Shown one piece after another: positions 48,778 through 58,847 of a DNA stretch of 64,000 nt. Position 1 is the first letter of the stretch. Each line of letters opens with the position of its first letter. The position numbers were made by a program, and so were the translations under genes. The DNA comes from Nitrososphaerota archaeon (GTDB lineage Archaea > Thermoproteota > Nitrososphaeria_A > Caldarchaeales > Calditenuaceae): contig JBEPYO010000001.1 of assembly GCA_041641295.1 (NCBI GenBank), positions 704,001 through 768,000 of the forward strand. The letters are read 5' to 3'. The notes under the pieces were generated by a model. The model was not told the DNA's origin. It was given only the letters and a program-made list of their open reading frames with translations, and ran no database searches.

Positions 48778-49989
48778 CTACTTTGGCAGCTGGGTATGTA
48801 GCAGACCGAAAACAAGCCGCCCTATCGCCGAGATTGTTAATACTATTCTGAGGGCGTTCTCCAGCCCTAGGCTCTGTTCAAGCTGCTGCACCAGCTGGCC
48901 GCCTACGAGGGAGCCGAAGAAGAAGGAGACCCCTTGGAGAAGGTTGTAGACCGCGGTGAAGGTCCCCCTATCCTCCACACTCGTTATACGCGTGATATAC
49001 AGTAGGAGGGAGATGCTGATTCCCACGTTAGCCGCGCCAGCTACTACGTTTGCCAATGCGAAGGCCCAGAATGAGGGGATGAAGGCATAGACCGTGGCCA
49101 GCAAAGACAGCGCCGCCCTACAATATGCTAGTGAACGCACATCACCTAGATTCTCGAAGATCCCCCGACCAACACTTGAGAATACGAGCCCAACCACCCC
49201 TGAGACGATGGAGAGAAGCGCTATCTCGAAGAAGCTGAGTTTAGCAACCCTAGTCATGGTCAGTGTGAAGCAGGGCCAAGCAATAGACATGTAGAACCCA
49301 TAGATGTTGGAGATGACTGTGAACTTCAGGAACTGGCGGGAATTGATAATGTGCTGGATGACGTAGGTGATTGTCAGCTCGCCGCTCAGTGTCTTGTGCC
49401 TCGGGGGCTCCTTCATCTTCAGGAATGTGAGAGCAGAAAGTATGCCTGCAACCGCCGCGACGGAGAAGCCGAGCTGGTAGCCGGGAATCCCAACAAGAGA
49501 TACTATACCCACCGCAAGTGTCGAGATAAGTGAGCCAACCTGCCCCCAGAAGTTTATAGTGGCGGTAACCACCGACCGCACAGCAAGCGGCACAACCTCG
49601 CCTATCAAGGCGGTGTACAGGGGGGCGGAGACCGAGGCAACAATAAACTGCACACCGACCAGAGCTATGTAAACAGCTGGGTCTCCCACAAGTATTATGG
49701 GCACCCATAGAAGGGAGGAGATTAACGTGCTATAGAAGATGGGCTTCACCCTGGACCCTCTCTTATCACTTAAGAACCCCCAAATTGGCTGAAGCGCATT
49801 AGCGGCCAAGTTGTTTACTGCGTGTAGGAAGCCTACCTGAGAGGAGGATGCGCCGAGAACCGCGGCGTAAACTGCTATGAATGGCTGTGAGGCTCCGCTG
49901 GAAAGAGAGGATAATACAGACCTCGCGTACAGCCTCTTAATCTGCCTACCGTCAACATCCAATCTTGCAGTAGAAAACACATGGCTCAC
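48778..49989 (-). CDS. MFS transporter
   Basis: About 12 TM helices, WGFLSDKRG motif A. Confidence 0.88.
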   Translation of the reverse strand: MSHVFSTARLDVDGRQIKRLYARSVLSSLSSGASQPFIAVYAAVLGASSSQVGFLHAVNNLAANALQPIWGFLSDKRGSRVKPIFYSTLISSLLWVPIILVGDPAVYIALVGVQFIVASVSAPLYTALIGEVVPLAVRSVVTATINFWGQVGSLISTLAVGIVSLVGIPGYQLGFSVAAVAGILSALTFLKMKEPPRHKTLSGELTITYVIQHIINSRQFLKFTVISNIYGFYMSIAWPCFTLTMTRVAKLSFFEIALLSIVSGVVGLVFSSVGRGIFENLGDVRSLAYCRAALSLLATVYAFIPSFWAFALANVVAGAANVGISISLLLYITRITSVEDRGTFTAVYNLLQGVSFFFGSLVGGQLVQQLEQSLGLENALRIVLTISAIGRLVFGLLHTQLPK

Positions 49990-50053
49990 AATTTAGACAT
50001 TACTAAGGGAAAAGAGTTTTTAGACGCCGGCCAACAACACCTATTAGAAGAAA

Positions 50054-50266
50054 ATGAGAGTGGAGGCTCTGACCGGAGTAATCTTGATAATGATTGGCGT
50101 TATCTTATTGCTGATAGGAGTTGCTCCACGCCTATTGGAATCAATACCCAAACTACACCCAATTATCTACACCCAAGTATCACTTGGAGATTTGAAGATA
50201 GGGACCTCGCCGCTGGCAATAATCATCCTAACGATACTCTACCTATTTTTTGCTCTCAGGAGTTGA
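50054..50266 (+). CDS. Small 2-TM membrane protein
   Basis: 70-aa hydrophobic ORF filling the gap before the dsrE gene. Confidence 0.55.
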   Translation: MRVEALTGVILIMIGVILLLIGVAPRLLESIPKLHPIIYTQVSLGDLKIGTSPLAIIILTILYLFFALRS

Positions 50267-50320
50267 GCACATAGATCTATGATTAATTATAATTTTGCAT
50301 GCTCATGTGGGCTAGGGATT

Positions 50321-50336
50321 ATTAGAAAATTCGAAT
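50321..50336. promoter_or_regulatory. Possible ArsR-family operator (ATTA-N8-GAAT)
   Basis: Imperfect palindrome ATTAGAAAATTCGAAT ending 15 nt before the dsrE-tusA-sqr-arsR operon. Confidence 0.4.
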
Positions 50337-50351
50337 ATTCAATTTACCGAG

Positions 50352-50855
50352 GTGGTTAAGATGCAAACAACCACTCGTGAGAAAGAGTCTCAAAAAACTG
50401 CGCAGAAACTCTGCATAATACTCTCTAAAGGCTCCCTCGACATGGTCTACCCGGCATTCATACTGGCCACCACAGGCGCGGCTATGGGGATGGAGGTGCA
50501 TATGTTCTTCACTTTCTGGGGGCTCGATGCCGTCGTTAAGAGGAAAGTCGATAATCTGAAGATCTCAGCTGTTGGCAATCCGTCACTAGGTCTTCCATCG
50601 ATACTCGGTGTGCTTCCGGGGATGAGTGGGATGGTTACACGCATGATGGCTAAGAGGTTTAGGAAGCTGAAGGTGCCCACGGTCTACGAGCTGATAAAGC
50701 AGGCGAAGGATTTGGGCGTCAAGCTCCACGCATGCTCGACAACCATGACGGCTATGGGGATTAAGGAGTCGGACCTGATTCCAGAGGTTGAGGACGTGGT
50801 CGGCGCCTCAACATTCCTGAGCATCGCGGAGGGAGGCCAAGTAATCTTCATATGA
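50352..50855 (+). CDS. DsrE/DsrF-like (DsrE2-type) sulfur carrier
   Basis: FFTFWGL, LHACSTTM, VGASTFL. Confidence 0.85.
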   Translation: MVKMQTTTREKESQKTAQKLCIILSKGSLDMVYPAFILATTGAAMGMEVHMFFTFWGLDAVVKRKVDNLKISAVGNPSLGLPSILGVLPGMSGMVTRMMAKRFRKLKVPTVYELIKQAKDLGVKLHACSTTMTAMGIKESDLIPEVEDVVGASTFLSIAEGGQVIFI

Positions 50856-50856
50856 G

Positions 50857-51102
50857 GTGAAGTGGGGAGTGAGGCACGTAGTAGATGCTAGGGGGAGCTT
50901 CTGCCCAGGGCCGATAACAGAGCTCATCAAGGCTTACAGGAAGGCGCAGCCTGGCGACGAGATAGAGCTACTTGCCACTGACCCAGCTGCCAAGAGCGAT
51001 GTGGCCGCTTGGGCCGCGAAGAGCAAGAACGAGATAGTCGAGATGAGGGAGGAGCAGGGCTACATCAAGATAGTCATACGCGTGGCCTCTAAAGGAGGGT
51101 AG
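50857..51102 (+). CDS. tusA: TusA-family sulfurtransferase
   Basis: DARGSFCPGP, ATDP. Confidence 0.88.
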   Translation: MKWGVRHVVDARGSFCPGPITELIKAYRKAQPGDEIELLATDPAAKSDVAAWAAKSKNEIVEMREEQGYIKIVIRVASKGG

Positions 51103-51104
51103 CT

Positions 51105-52322
51105 ATGAGGCGGATAGCCATAATCGGGGCCGGCACTGGAGGAACAATACTGGCCAACGCGCTGGCCAAGAAGCTGAGGACTGAGGTGAGGGGCGGCCGC
51201 CTAGAGATAGTGGTGTTCGACGGGTCTGAGTCTCACATATACCAGCCCGGCAACATCGACATAGCATTCAGAGGAGCAAACCCTAAAGCCTTCAGAAGAC
51301 CACCAACACAACTGCTGAGCCGAGAAGTAAAGTTACTCAAGAGTCCAGTCTCGCGAATAGACCTAGAAAATAGAGCCGTAATATATGATGGCGGAGCGAA
51401 GATGGGCTATGATTACCTCGTTGTCGCGACCGGCTCCATAGCCGCCCCAGAGATTATACCAGGGCTGGCCCAGGCATCTCTCAACTTCCACAGGTCGCAG
51501 GAGGATGCTGTGAGGGTCTGGGAAGCACTTTCAGCCTTCAGACGCGGCAGGATAGTTGTGCTGCCGGCCCTACCCCACAAATGTCCACCCTCCCCGGTCG
51601 AGGCCGTCTTCCTCATAGACGAGCTGATGAGAAAGAGGAGCATCAGAAAAGACGTGGAGATCATCTATGCCACACCCTACACCAGAGCCTACCCAGCCCA
51701 CGGGATAGCTGACGTTGTGGAGCCCGAGATGGAGAAGAGGGGCATAACTACATACACACTCTTCAACATAGACTATGTCGACCCTGCAGCCAAGAAGGTC
51801 TATTCGCTTGAGGGCGAGGAACTGGCATATGATCTTCTAATAGCAATCCCGCCCCACAGGGGTGCTGATGTCGTGATAGCCTCGGGCATAGGAGGGGAGG
51901 AGGGGTGGATACCGACTGACAAGCATACGCTGAAAATCAAGGGGCATGACGATGCATACGCGATAGGCGACGCCACGGACATACCCATCTCAAAATCAGG
52001 AGTAGTCGCACACCTAGAGGCGATAACGACGGCCGAGTCGATAACATCCCAGATACATGGGACAGGAAAAGTATACCTCTATAACGGGAGGATAAATTGC
52101 CCCTTGGAGATGGGTGGCCGCAAGGCAGTCTTCGTCTCCGGGACATACGTCAAGCAGCCGGAGAGGCAAAACCCCTCAACGACCAAGTATCTCATGAAGA
52201 GGCTCTTCAACAGGCTATACTGGACTATGCTGAGCGGGGCCCTGGAGCCCATATTCAACATATATTTGGGCCCACCCTACGAGGTTAAAGTGGTGGCAGA
52301 TGACGCTAACAAAAGCCCGTGA
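51105..52322 (+). CDS. sqr: Sulfide:quinone oxidoreductase-like flavoprotein (type III-like)
   Basis: GAGTGG, YQPG, HKCPPSP, IGDAT, SKSG, INCP. Confidence 0.78.
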   Translation: MRRIAIIGAGTGGTILANALAKKLRTEVRGGRLEIVVFDGSESHIYQPGNIDIAFRGANPKAFRRPPTQLLSREVKLLKSPVSRIDLENRAVIYDGGAKMGYDYLVVATGSIAAPEIIPGLAQASLNFHRSQEDAVRVWEALSAFRRGRIVVLPALPHKCPPSPVEAVFLIDELMRKRSIRKDVEIIYATPYTRAYPAHGIADVVEPEMEKRGITTYTLFNIDYVDPAAKKVYSLEGEELAYDLLIAIPPHRGADVVIASGIGGEEGWIPTDKHTLKIKGHDDAYAIGDATDIPISKSGVVAHLEAITTAESITSQIHGTGKVYLYNGRINCPLEMGGRKAVFVSGTYVKQPERQNPSTTKYLMKRLFNRLYWTMLSGALEPIFNIYLGPPYEVKVVADDANKSP

Positions 52323-52632
52323 GGCAGCCCAGCTCGAACTGATCTCAGACTTCTTCACAATATTCACAAACCCCAAGAGAATACAGATACTACAACTCCT
52401 CAAAGAGGGCGAGCTCACAGTATCCGAGATCGCTGAGAAGACAGGCCTCCCACAACCAACAGTCTCCCAACACCTCAAAATACTCCGCGACAAACGCATA
52501 ATCACTGCCAAGAGGCGGGGAAACAAATGCTACTACACCGTCGAGGACGAGAGAATATACCAAGTCTGCGACCTCATAAAGGGAATAATCTCAAGAAGGA
52601 TAGAGGAGATAAGAAAGGAGATAGCCAGATAA
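52300..52632 (+). CDS. ArsR/SmtB-family regulator
   Basis: NPKRIQIL, ELTVSEIA, QPTVSQHLKIL. Confidence 0.9.
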   Translation: MTLTKAREAAQLELISDFFTIFTNPKRIQILQLLKEGELTVSEIAEKTGLPQPTVSQHLKILRDKRIITAKRRGNKCYYTVEDERIYQVCDLIKGIISRRIEEIRKEIAR

Positions 52633-52711
52633 ATATCGAGAAAAATCAACCCCAAAGGACAAATATAAAGCCCGGCAACAAGTTAAAATCCAGCAGACAA
52701 TACTTTATAGA

Positions 52712-52773
52712 ATGCGATGATGACTGAACGTCGCGGGAAACCAGTAATGTTCATAGGAGCGGGGGCTGAGCAT
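52712..52773 (+). ncRNA. C/D-box methylation guide sRNA
   Basis: C box ATGATGA 52717-52723, D box CTGA 52766-52769, terminal ATGC/GCAT stem, about 60 nt. Confidence 0.7.
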
Positions 52774-52791
52774 CCTCCACACAGCTTGAGG

Positions 52792-52876
52792 GCGGGGGTC
52801 GCCAAGCCTGGTCAAAGGCGCAGGGCTTAGGACCCTGTCCCGTAGGGGTTCGTGGGTTCAAATCCCACCCCCCGCA
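52792..52876 (+). tRNA. tRNA-Leu(TAG)
   Basis: GCGGGGG/CCCCCGC acceptor stem, CAGGG-CTTAGGA-CCCTG anticodon arm, long variable arm, GGTTCAAATCC T-arm. Confidence 0.97.
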
Positions 52877-53486
52877 CAAATGTTTGTGCTAAATATTCCA
52901 AGGTAGGATGCTGGCTTCGCTTTAGAATTAGAGATCCCTCTCAGGCAGCATAACCAATCATGAAAAAAACAGTCTTACAACCCTCTATGCATGATATGAA
53001 GCCTATTTTTCATATTACTGCACACTTATCTTCCGGCTCTCATCTCATAAAGGCATGTTTTTGCAATAAGGTCTGATTATTAAATTGTGTTGAGACACGT
53101 AGGATGGGGTGATCAAATATCCTTAATAGAGCGGTTGCGGATATATGGTACGATTATGAGCATAAAGAACATGTGTATAGAATCACTCGATGAGATAGGA
53201 GGTATCGTGAGCGAAAATGTTGAACCGCTGAATATGGCCAGGTTCTCCGTTCTGCCTGTATGTAGATGGACAAAGCTTTTCAAAGTAAATGACGTGTCAA
53301 TCTGTATACAACAGATTATTACATACGATTACAGGGATTCAGAGCTGCGTCTTGGTAGGTTTTATGAGGGTGTGTTAGGCCGCTATGTTTGGTTTATGGG
53401 AAATGAGCCATCCATAGGTATGGTGCTTCTTCAAGACACGCGGCCAAATGCGCAAAACCCGTTAATTAGTTTCGCATGAGGGTTTA

Positions 53487-55235
53487 GTGAAGTTTTTGCA
53501 AACAGACAGCCCGAATAGGGGAGTGTATCTAAGGATTCTGACGTGGATAACCCTAATTATTCCCGTGATACTTCTTCAAATTTTTGGTACCTCTACACTG
53601 TCTTCATTATTATGGGTTTGGGGGGCTATAGTCGCTCAGATGAAGCTCTTCATATCAGTTTTGACAAGCAACTCTTTCGTCAGCTCACTCTTATATCTAA
53701 ATCTCTCTCTACTGGGTATTGCTGGAGTCCTCTCAATCATTAATAATAAAGAGTATGATGGGCACAACTCATTTTTCTACGAGATAGCAAACGAGAATGC
53801 ATCGCCGACATACTACGACTATACTGCTGAAAAGTATAATGAAACTATTTCGTCACTGTTTAATAGAAAGGCCGACCACTTCATTGACCTAGCTGGATTC
53901 TCAACTATTTTCGGAGTCTTGCTGCCTGAGGGCCCTGCAGTAAGGACCCTCCTAGACGTCCTAGTCAATGGTACCAAGTTGAGCTGGGTGCTAAGCGCTC
54001 CGCACGTAATGCTTCAAAACGCGGGCTTATCATCATTTAAGAAGAGGGACTTTTTGATAGATGAGGAGAAACTAAGAGAAAGAGCGGCTGCGTTGAGGGG
54101 TAAGAAGTTGATATTTATGTTGCCGACAAATGGGAAAAATCTAAAGACGGTCACTAGGTCCGTATCCTCGGTGGTTTATTGGCGCGAAATTGTCGGGAAG
54201 AATTTTTCATATACACCGGACATTTCTTCATGGGTTGTATGCGAGGAGAAGGACTACTTTGAGAAGAGGGATAGCTATGAGAAGCTCAAATCAGTGGGTT
54301 GTAGAATTATAGTAGTGCCCAGTGACTACAAGACCGTGAAAGAGACGCCGTATAAGGCGAGGGCTCTGACATATGCGTCAGGCATCATGGAGCAGGAGGG
54401 ACTCTCGACTAAAGATACATGGATCTATCACCAGGATGACGAGACAATGATAGGGGAGGACACGATTCTTGGCATTATGGATTTCATCTCTACAGCCAGT
54501 CCAAGCGATGTCTATGCAGCTGGAATGATAATATATGCTGATGGCTGGGGTTCTAGTGTCTCCACAATGCAGGAGCCCGCAAGAACGTATGACGACCTTA
54601 GAATACTGTTTACTACTAGGACGAGGGGGTTACTTTCGTTTGGGCATCACGGTTCCCACCTGCTTGTCAGGGCTGACGCTGAGCGAAGAATTGGTTGGGA
54701 CTTCGGCAAGGTAAAGACGGAGGACTGGATCTTCGGATTAAAGCTCTGGCAAGAATATAATCCTAAAAACACTATACTGAAGGGATTTGCTTACGAGAAA
54801 CCGCCACTAAATATCCGTGATTTATTAAAGCAGAGGAGAAGGTGGGCACAGGGAGCACTTGAGATAATTTTTAGAAGAGACATCAAACTGAGGTACCGTT
54901 TGGCAGCTCTCTACGGTGTCATAAGTTGGTTCTCAGCACTTCCGTCCTTGATAGCATTTATCTTAAACCTCATTATTCCGACTGGTGGTCTCTTCGTAGG
55001 TGCAGGCGCATTAGCGGGCTTCACCTGGTTCTCTCTTTATAGATACTATGGAAATGGCTATGCCTTAAATAAGCCATACCTAAGGAATTTTGGCCAAGAC
55101 AAGAGCTCAAGGATTAGGAGGACATTTACGATTATCGGCGGAATGATGCTTGAAAGTATAGCTCCATGGTATGCGCTCCTGAGACCCACGAAGAACTTCG
55201 AAGTTATAAGCAAGGATGCGAAAGGAACGTCGTAG
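53487..55235 (+). CDS. Membrane GT2 glycosyltransferase, egghead/BRE-3-like
   Basis: KARALTYA, HQDDET, TED, QRRRW with flanking TM helices. Confidence 0.8.
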   Translation: MKFLQTDSPNRGVYLRILTWITLIIPVILLQIFGTSTLSSLLWVWGAIVAQMKLFISVLTSNSFVSSLLYLNLSLLGIAGVLSIINNKEYDGHNSFFYEIANENASPTYYDYTAEKYNETISSLFNRKADHFIDLAGFSTIFGVLLPEGPAVRTLLDVLVNGTKLSWVLSAPHVMLQNAGLSSFKKRDFLIDEEKLRERAAALRGKKLIFMLPTNGKNLKTVTRSVSSVVYWREIVGKNFSYTPDISSWVVCEEKDYFEKRDSYEKLKSVGCRIIVVPSDYKTVKETPYKARALTYASGIMEQEGLSTKDTWIYHQDDETMIGEDTILGIMDFISTASPSDVYAAGMIIYADGWGSSVSTMQEPARTYDDLRILFTTRTRGLLSFGHHGSHLLVRADAERRIGWDFGKVKTEDWIFGLKLWQEYNPKNTILKGFAYEKPPLNIRDLLKQRRRWAQGALEIIFRRDIKLRYRLAALYGVISWFSALPSLIAFILNLIIPTGGLFVGAGALAGFTWFSLYRYYGNGYALNKPYLRNFGQDKSSRIRRTFTIIGGMMLESIAPWYALLRPTKNFEVISKDAKGTS

Positions 55236-55240
55236 ATAGA

Positions 55241-56107
55241 TTGAGCGACAAATATTTAGCTGCACTGGTCCTCTTATCCACTGTTCTTCTTTCCTATTTT
55301 TTCCTACCTCTTGCGGTGGGGGAGGAGACCCGAGACCTTTGCATCGATATGTCCACCGTCTATGACCAGCGCTTCAATTGGTATAACACGAATGGAAGTC
55401 TTCCCGCATACATGGGCGACCACTATCTTTTTAATGGCGGCTCAACCTCAAACATGTACCAAGACGCGCTATCTCTTGCTTCGATAAAGGTCGGGAAGGC
55501 ATTCGCGCTATCCGCGAGGCTTAGCATCCATATTGGTTCTGAGTCTACGAGCCCCAGGGATGAATTCGCCATCTTTGTGACAGATGATACGAAAGTATTT
55601 ACTGGCGATGAGTTTGGATTCGTTGTCCGTCAAGACACAGCCTCGCTCTACGGATATTTACAGTCTCCACGTTTCTATGAGTTTTTCAAGGAGTTTAAGC
55701 TGGCTGATCTGACCATCGGTAGGGAGGAGACATTTAACTTGAAAGCAGTCTACTCAGAGTTAGATGGAAGAGCACTAATTAGATTCTTCGTAAACGACAT
55801 CAATGTGCTGGTACATGATTTTCCAATCGTGACTGGCGAGAATCTTTATTTAGTCATTAGCTCCAAGAAGCTCAGCCCGCCATCAATTGATACTTCGAGA
55901 AACTACATGAAGGTCTATTCCACATGTATTGTGAACCTGCCAGCCCCCAGAATAGATATAACAGGACAAGATCCCACGCAAGAAAGTGACTCCATGTATC
56001 AAATAATAGTGTTTACAAACGTTGCCATCCTCATCGTCCTGCTGTCCATGTTCTTCATGATGGTTAGACTTTCAAGGCAGTTTAGACGGCCCGCCAGCAA
56101 GTCTTGA
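55241..56107 (+). CDS. Secreted/membrane-anchored beta-rich protein (ConA/LamG-like fold suspected)
   Basis: N-terminal signal-like helix, beta-strand-rich core, C-terminal TM and basic tail; start moved to TTG 55241. Confidence 0.55.
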   Translation: MSDKYLAALVLLSTVLLSYFFLPLAVGEETRDLCIDMSTVYDQRFNWYNTNGSLPAYMGDHYLFNGGSTSNMYQDALSLASIKVGKAFALSARLSIHIGSESTSPRDEFAIFVTDDTKVFTGDEFGFVVRQDTASLYGYLQSPRFYEFFKEFKLADLTIGREETFNLKAVYSELDGRALIRFFVNDINVLVHDFPIVTGENLYLVISSKKLSPPSIDTSRNYMKVYSTCIVNLPAPRIDITGQDPTQESDSMYQIIVFTNVAILIVLLSMFFMMVRLSRQFRRPASKS

Positions 56108-56197
56108 TAAAAAGCATCTCTTACAAGAGAGTGGGGTTGCTCGGCCTCATGATTTAGGGTTCTTGAACTGTTAAATATTGGGGATAGAGGCTAATGT

Positions 56198-56842
56198 GTG
56201 TTTGGCAGTACTTTTCGTGTGGATGCTGCGGATGCTAGTCTGCCGGCAACCCTCGTCGGGTTAATAGTGGCCTTTCCACTCTGGTATTTCACGTTCAACA
56301 CGGATTTTATGGGAGGGTTCTGGAATAGGATGGTCTTCTCGGTCAGTGTTTTGGGTCTTGTGGCGTTCCTAGCCGAGAGGGGGGAGATGTTGAGACAGCT
56401 TAGGAGGATCAATCCTAGGGTGTTGTTTTTGGGTGTTTTATCGGCACTCGCGTTGTATCTTCTGTTCTATGGGGGATACGTGGTTTTGAGGCCTTTTTTA
56501 GAGCATGGTGCGTTAAACGTCTACCTGCTCACAGGAGGGGTCTCGGCGGTCCAGGTTGCAGCCACCCTAGTCTACACGTCTTTCTGCGAGGAGTTATTTT
56601 GGAGGGGGTTTGTCCAGAGGAACATTATGGTCTATCTCGGGGATTTGGCAGGATTTCTGGTGGCAACAGCATTTTACACGCTCATCCACCTGTTCACACT
56701 GAACGCGCCATTAATGCTTGCGGCCCTAGTAGCGGGCCTCTGGTGGGGATTCCTCTACATGCTTAAACGCTCGTTATGGTTAAATATTATCTCGCATATC
56801 GTCTGGACCGAGCTAGTAATTTTGATGCTTCCCTTGAGGTGA
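56198..56842 (+). CDS. CPBP (CAAX/Abi) intramembrane protease
   Basis: EELFWRGF, YTLIH, SHIVW. Confidence 0.82.
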   Translation: MFGSTFRVDAADASLPATLVGLIVAFPLWYFTFNTDFMGGFWNRMVFSVSVLGLVAFLAERGEMLRQLRRINPRVLFLGVLSALALYLLFYGGYVVLRPFLEHGALNVYLLTGGVSAVQVAATLVYTSFCEELFWRGFVQRNIMVYLGDLAGFLVATAFYTLIHLFTLNAPLMLAALVAGLWWGFLYMLKRSLWLNIISHIVWTELVILMLPLR

Positions 56843-57738
56843 TGGTCATGTCGGTGAAAACATGGTTCATAGCCACTCGCCCCTGGTCTTTCGTCATGAC
56901 TTTTGTTTCCGCGACATTGGCGGCTGTTTTGGCGCTGAAACTCGCAACATTTGATGCAACACTCTATTTAATCACACTCGTTGGGTTGATTCTCTTCCAC
57001 GCCGCGACAAACATGCTCAACGACTACTTCGACGTGAAGAACAGGGTTGACAGGTTTGATGTGCCGACATCAAGGTATAGGCCTCACCCACTTTTGACGG
57101 GTGCGATTGGAGGCCGAGAATTCCTAGCGACGACAGCCACACTCTATGGCCTGGTGGTATTGATTGCCGGCATCTTATCCCTGGTTAGAGGCCCCCTAAT
57201 ACTCCTGCTTACTGGCGTGGGCCTGTTAGCCAGCGTGTTCTACACAGCCCCACCCATCGAATTCAAGTACAGGGCGCTGGGCGAGCCTGTGGTCTTCCTG
57301 GTCTGGGGGCCGCTGATGGTTGGTGGGAGCTACTACACTATAGCAGGTGACCTCAAGGTTGAGCCATTCCTAGCCGCCATTCCAGTAGGGATACTTGTGC
57401 TTTTGGTGCTTTTAGCCAACAACATAAGGGACACAGACTATGACAGGGAGGCCGTCAGTGCAACCATCCCCATCCTCCTAGGGGTCCGGAGAAGTCTAAT
57501 ACTCTTTGGAGCACTCTTGGCATCGACGTACATAATCACAATCCTCCTAATACTGCTGCGTATACTCTCCGTCTACAGCCTCGCGGTACTATTCACAGCC
57601 CCTATCGCGGCCAAGCTTGTAAAAACATTCTGGGTGAAGGTGCCAGATGATGCAGACCCACAGACAGCCAGGCTAGCCCTCTTATTCGGGCTCCTGCTTA
57701 TAGCCGGAGAGCTGTCTTCAGTCTTCATAAAATTTTAG
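56842..57738 (+). CDS. menA: UbiA-family prenyltransferase (MenA-like)
   Basis: TRPWSF, NDYFD...D, KYRALGE, NNIRD...D; start moved to ATG 56842. Confidence 0.85.
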   Translation: MVMSVKTWFIATRPWSFVMTFVSATLAAVLALKLATFDATLYLITLVGLILFHAATNMLNDYFDVKNRVDRFDVPTSRYRPHPLLTGAIGGREFLATTATLYGLVVLIAGILSLVRGPLILLLTGVGLLASVFYTAPPIEFKYRALGEPVVFLVWGPLMVGGSYYTIAGDLKVEPFLAAIPVGILVLLVLLANNIRDTDYDREAVSATIPILLGVRRSLILFGALLASTYIITILLILLRILSVYSLAVLFTAPIAAKLVKTFWVKVPDDADPQTARLALLFGLLLIAGELSSVFIKF

Positions 57739-57748
57739 GTGAGTCTTC

Positions 57749-58741
57749 TTGAGGCTGGGTATTGGGTGGAATATCTCACACCCCGTATCTAAGGTTGCTG
57801 AGTTGGCGGCGAGGTCTGAGGAGTTTGGCTTCGAGTCGTTTTGGCTCCATGAAAACCCCATGCTGGGGGATGGCTTCGCCTCCCTCATCCTCGCCTGCAG
57901 GAGCACGGCCAGAATAAGGATAGGCATCGCCTGTACAAGCGTCATCACCAGACACCCAGTCATGATAGCAGCGTCAGCGGTGACACTTCAGAACGAGAGC
58001 GACGGGAGATTCGTGCTAGGCCTCTGTCTGGGCGGATTCCCGTGGCTGCCCCTCATAAACTATCCTGTGCAGCCAGTAAAAGAGACAAGACCCCTCCGCA
58101 GAATAGTAGAAGCCGCATCCATCATCCGATCGTTAATAAACGGCGGGGCCGCCGTCGTACCTGGAACCTTCTACAACGTCAAGGGATTCAGGCTGATGGC
58201 AAAGGCGTCTAAGCCCATACCAATCTACATAGGCGCACTAGGTCCTAGGACACTGAGAATGGCCCCCAGAATCTTCGACGGCGTAATAACCTCCCCAGGT
58301 GTTTTGACGCCGCTAGACGTCAGACGGCTCGTGGGATGGGTTGAGGAGGGGGAGAAAGACGGAAGAAAGGTGGAGAAGCTAGCATATGTCCTATCAGCGG
58401 TCAGCGGGAATGAGGCGGAGGCCTATGCGGCTATCAAGCGCGACCCCTTCTTCATCTATCAGCTCTCCGAGGTCGTCCCAGAAGAGAGCCTAGAACACTA
58501 CGGCGTAAAGCTGGACAAGCTGCCAGAGATAAGAGAGGCTTGGAGGAGACGCGACTTAGCTTGGGCCGCCAACCTAATAAGCGACGACATGGTAACAGCC
58601 CTCACAGCCTCGGGGCGAAAAGAAGACGCCATTAAAAGGATAGAAGAATATTCACAGACCGGCGCAGACACACTCATCATAACGCCCGTAGGAGACGTTG
58701 AAAAAGTCCTAAAAACATTCGCACCCCTAAACTCCGCCTGA
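57749..58741 (+). CDS. LLM-class flavin/F420-dependent oxidoreductase
   Basis: GFESFWLHE, TRHP, GRFVLGL, PIYIGALGP. Confidence 0.85.
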   Translation: MRLGIGWNISHPVSKVAELAARSEEFGFESFWLHENPMLGDGFASLILACRSTARIRIGIACTSVITRHPVMIAASAVTLQNESDGRFVLGLCLGGFPWLPLINYPVQPVKETRPLRRIVEAASIIRSLINGGAAVVPGTFYNVKGFRLMAKASKPIPIYIGALGPRTLRMAPRIFDGVITSPGVLTPLDVRRLVGWVEEGEKDGRKVEKLAYVLSAVSGNEAEAYAAIKRDPFFIYQLSEVVPEESLEHYGVKLDKLPEIREAWRRRDLAWAANLISDDMVTALTASGRKEDAIKRIEEYSQTGADTLIITPVGDVEKVLKTFAPLNSA

Positions 58742-58847
58742 TGGTCCAGCATTTCGAAATTACTACCACACGGTTTATTTCAACACCCATGTGCTCGGTG
58801 GAGCTTGACCTACTGCAGACACTATAAAAACAAAAGATGTGCAATCC

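Noticed and set aside
53087-53479. 130-aa ORF upstream of the glycosyltransferase
   Set aside because: No recognisable motif; may be spurious or decayed sequence
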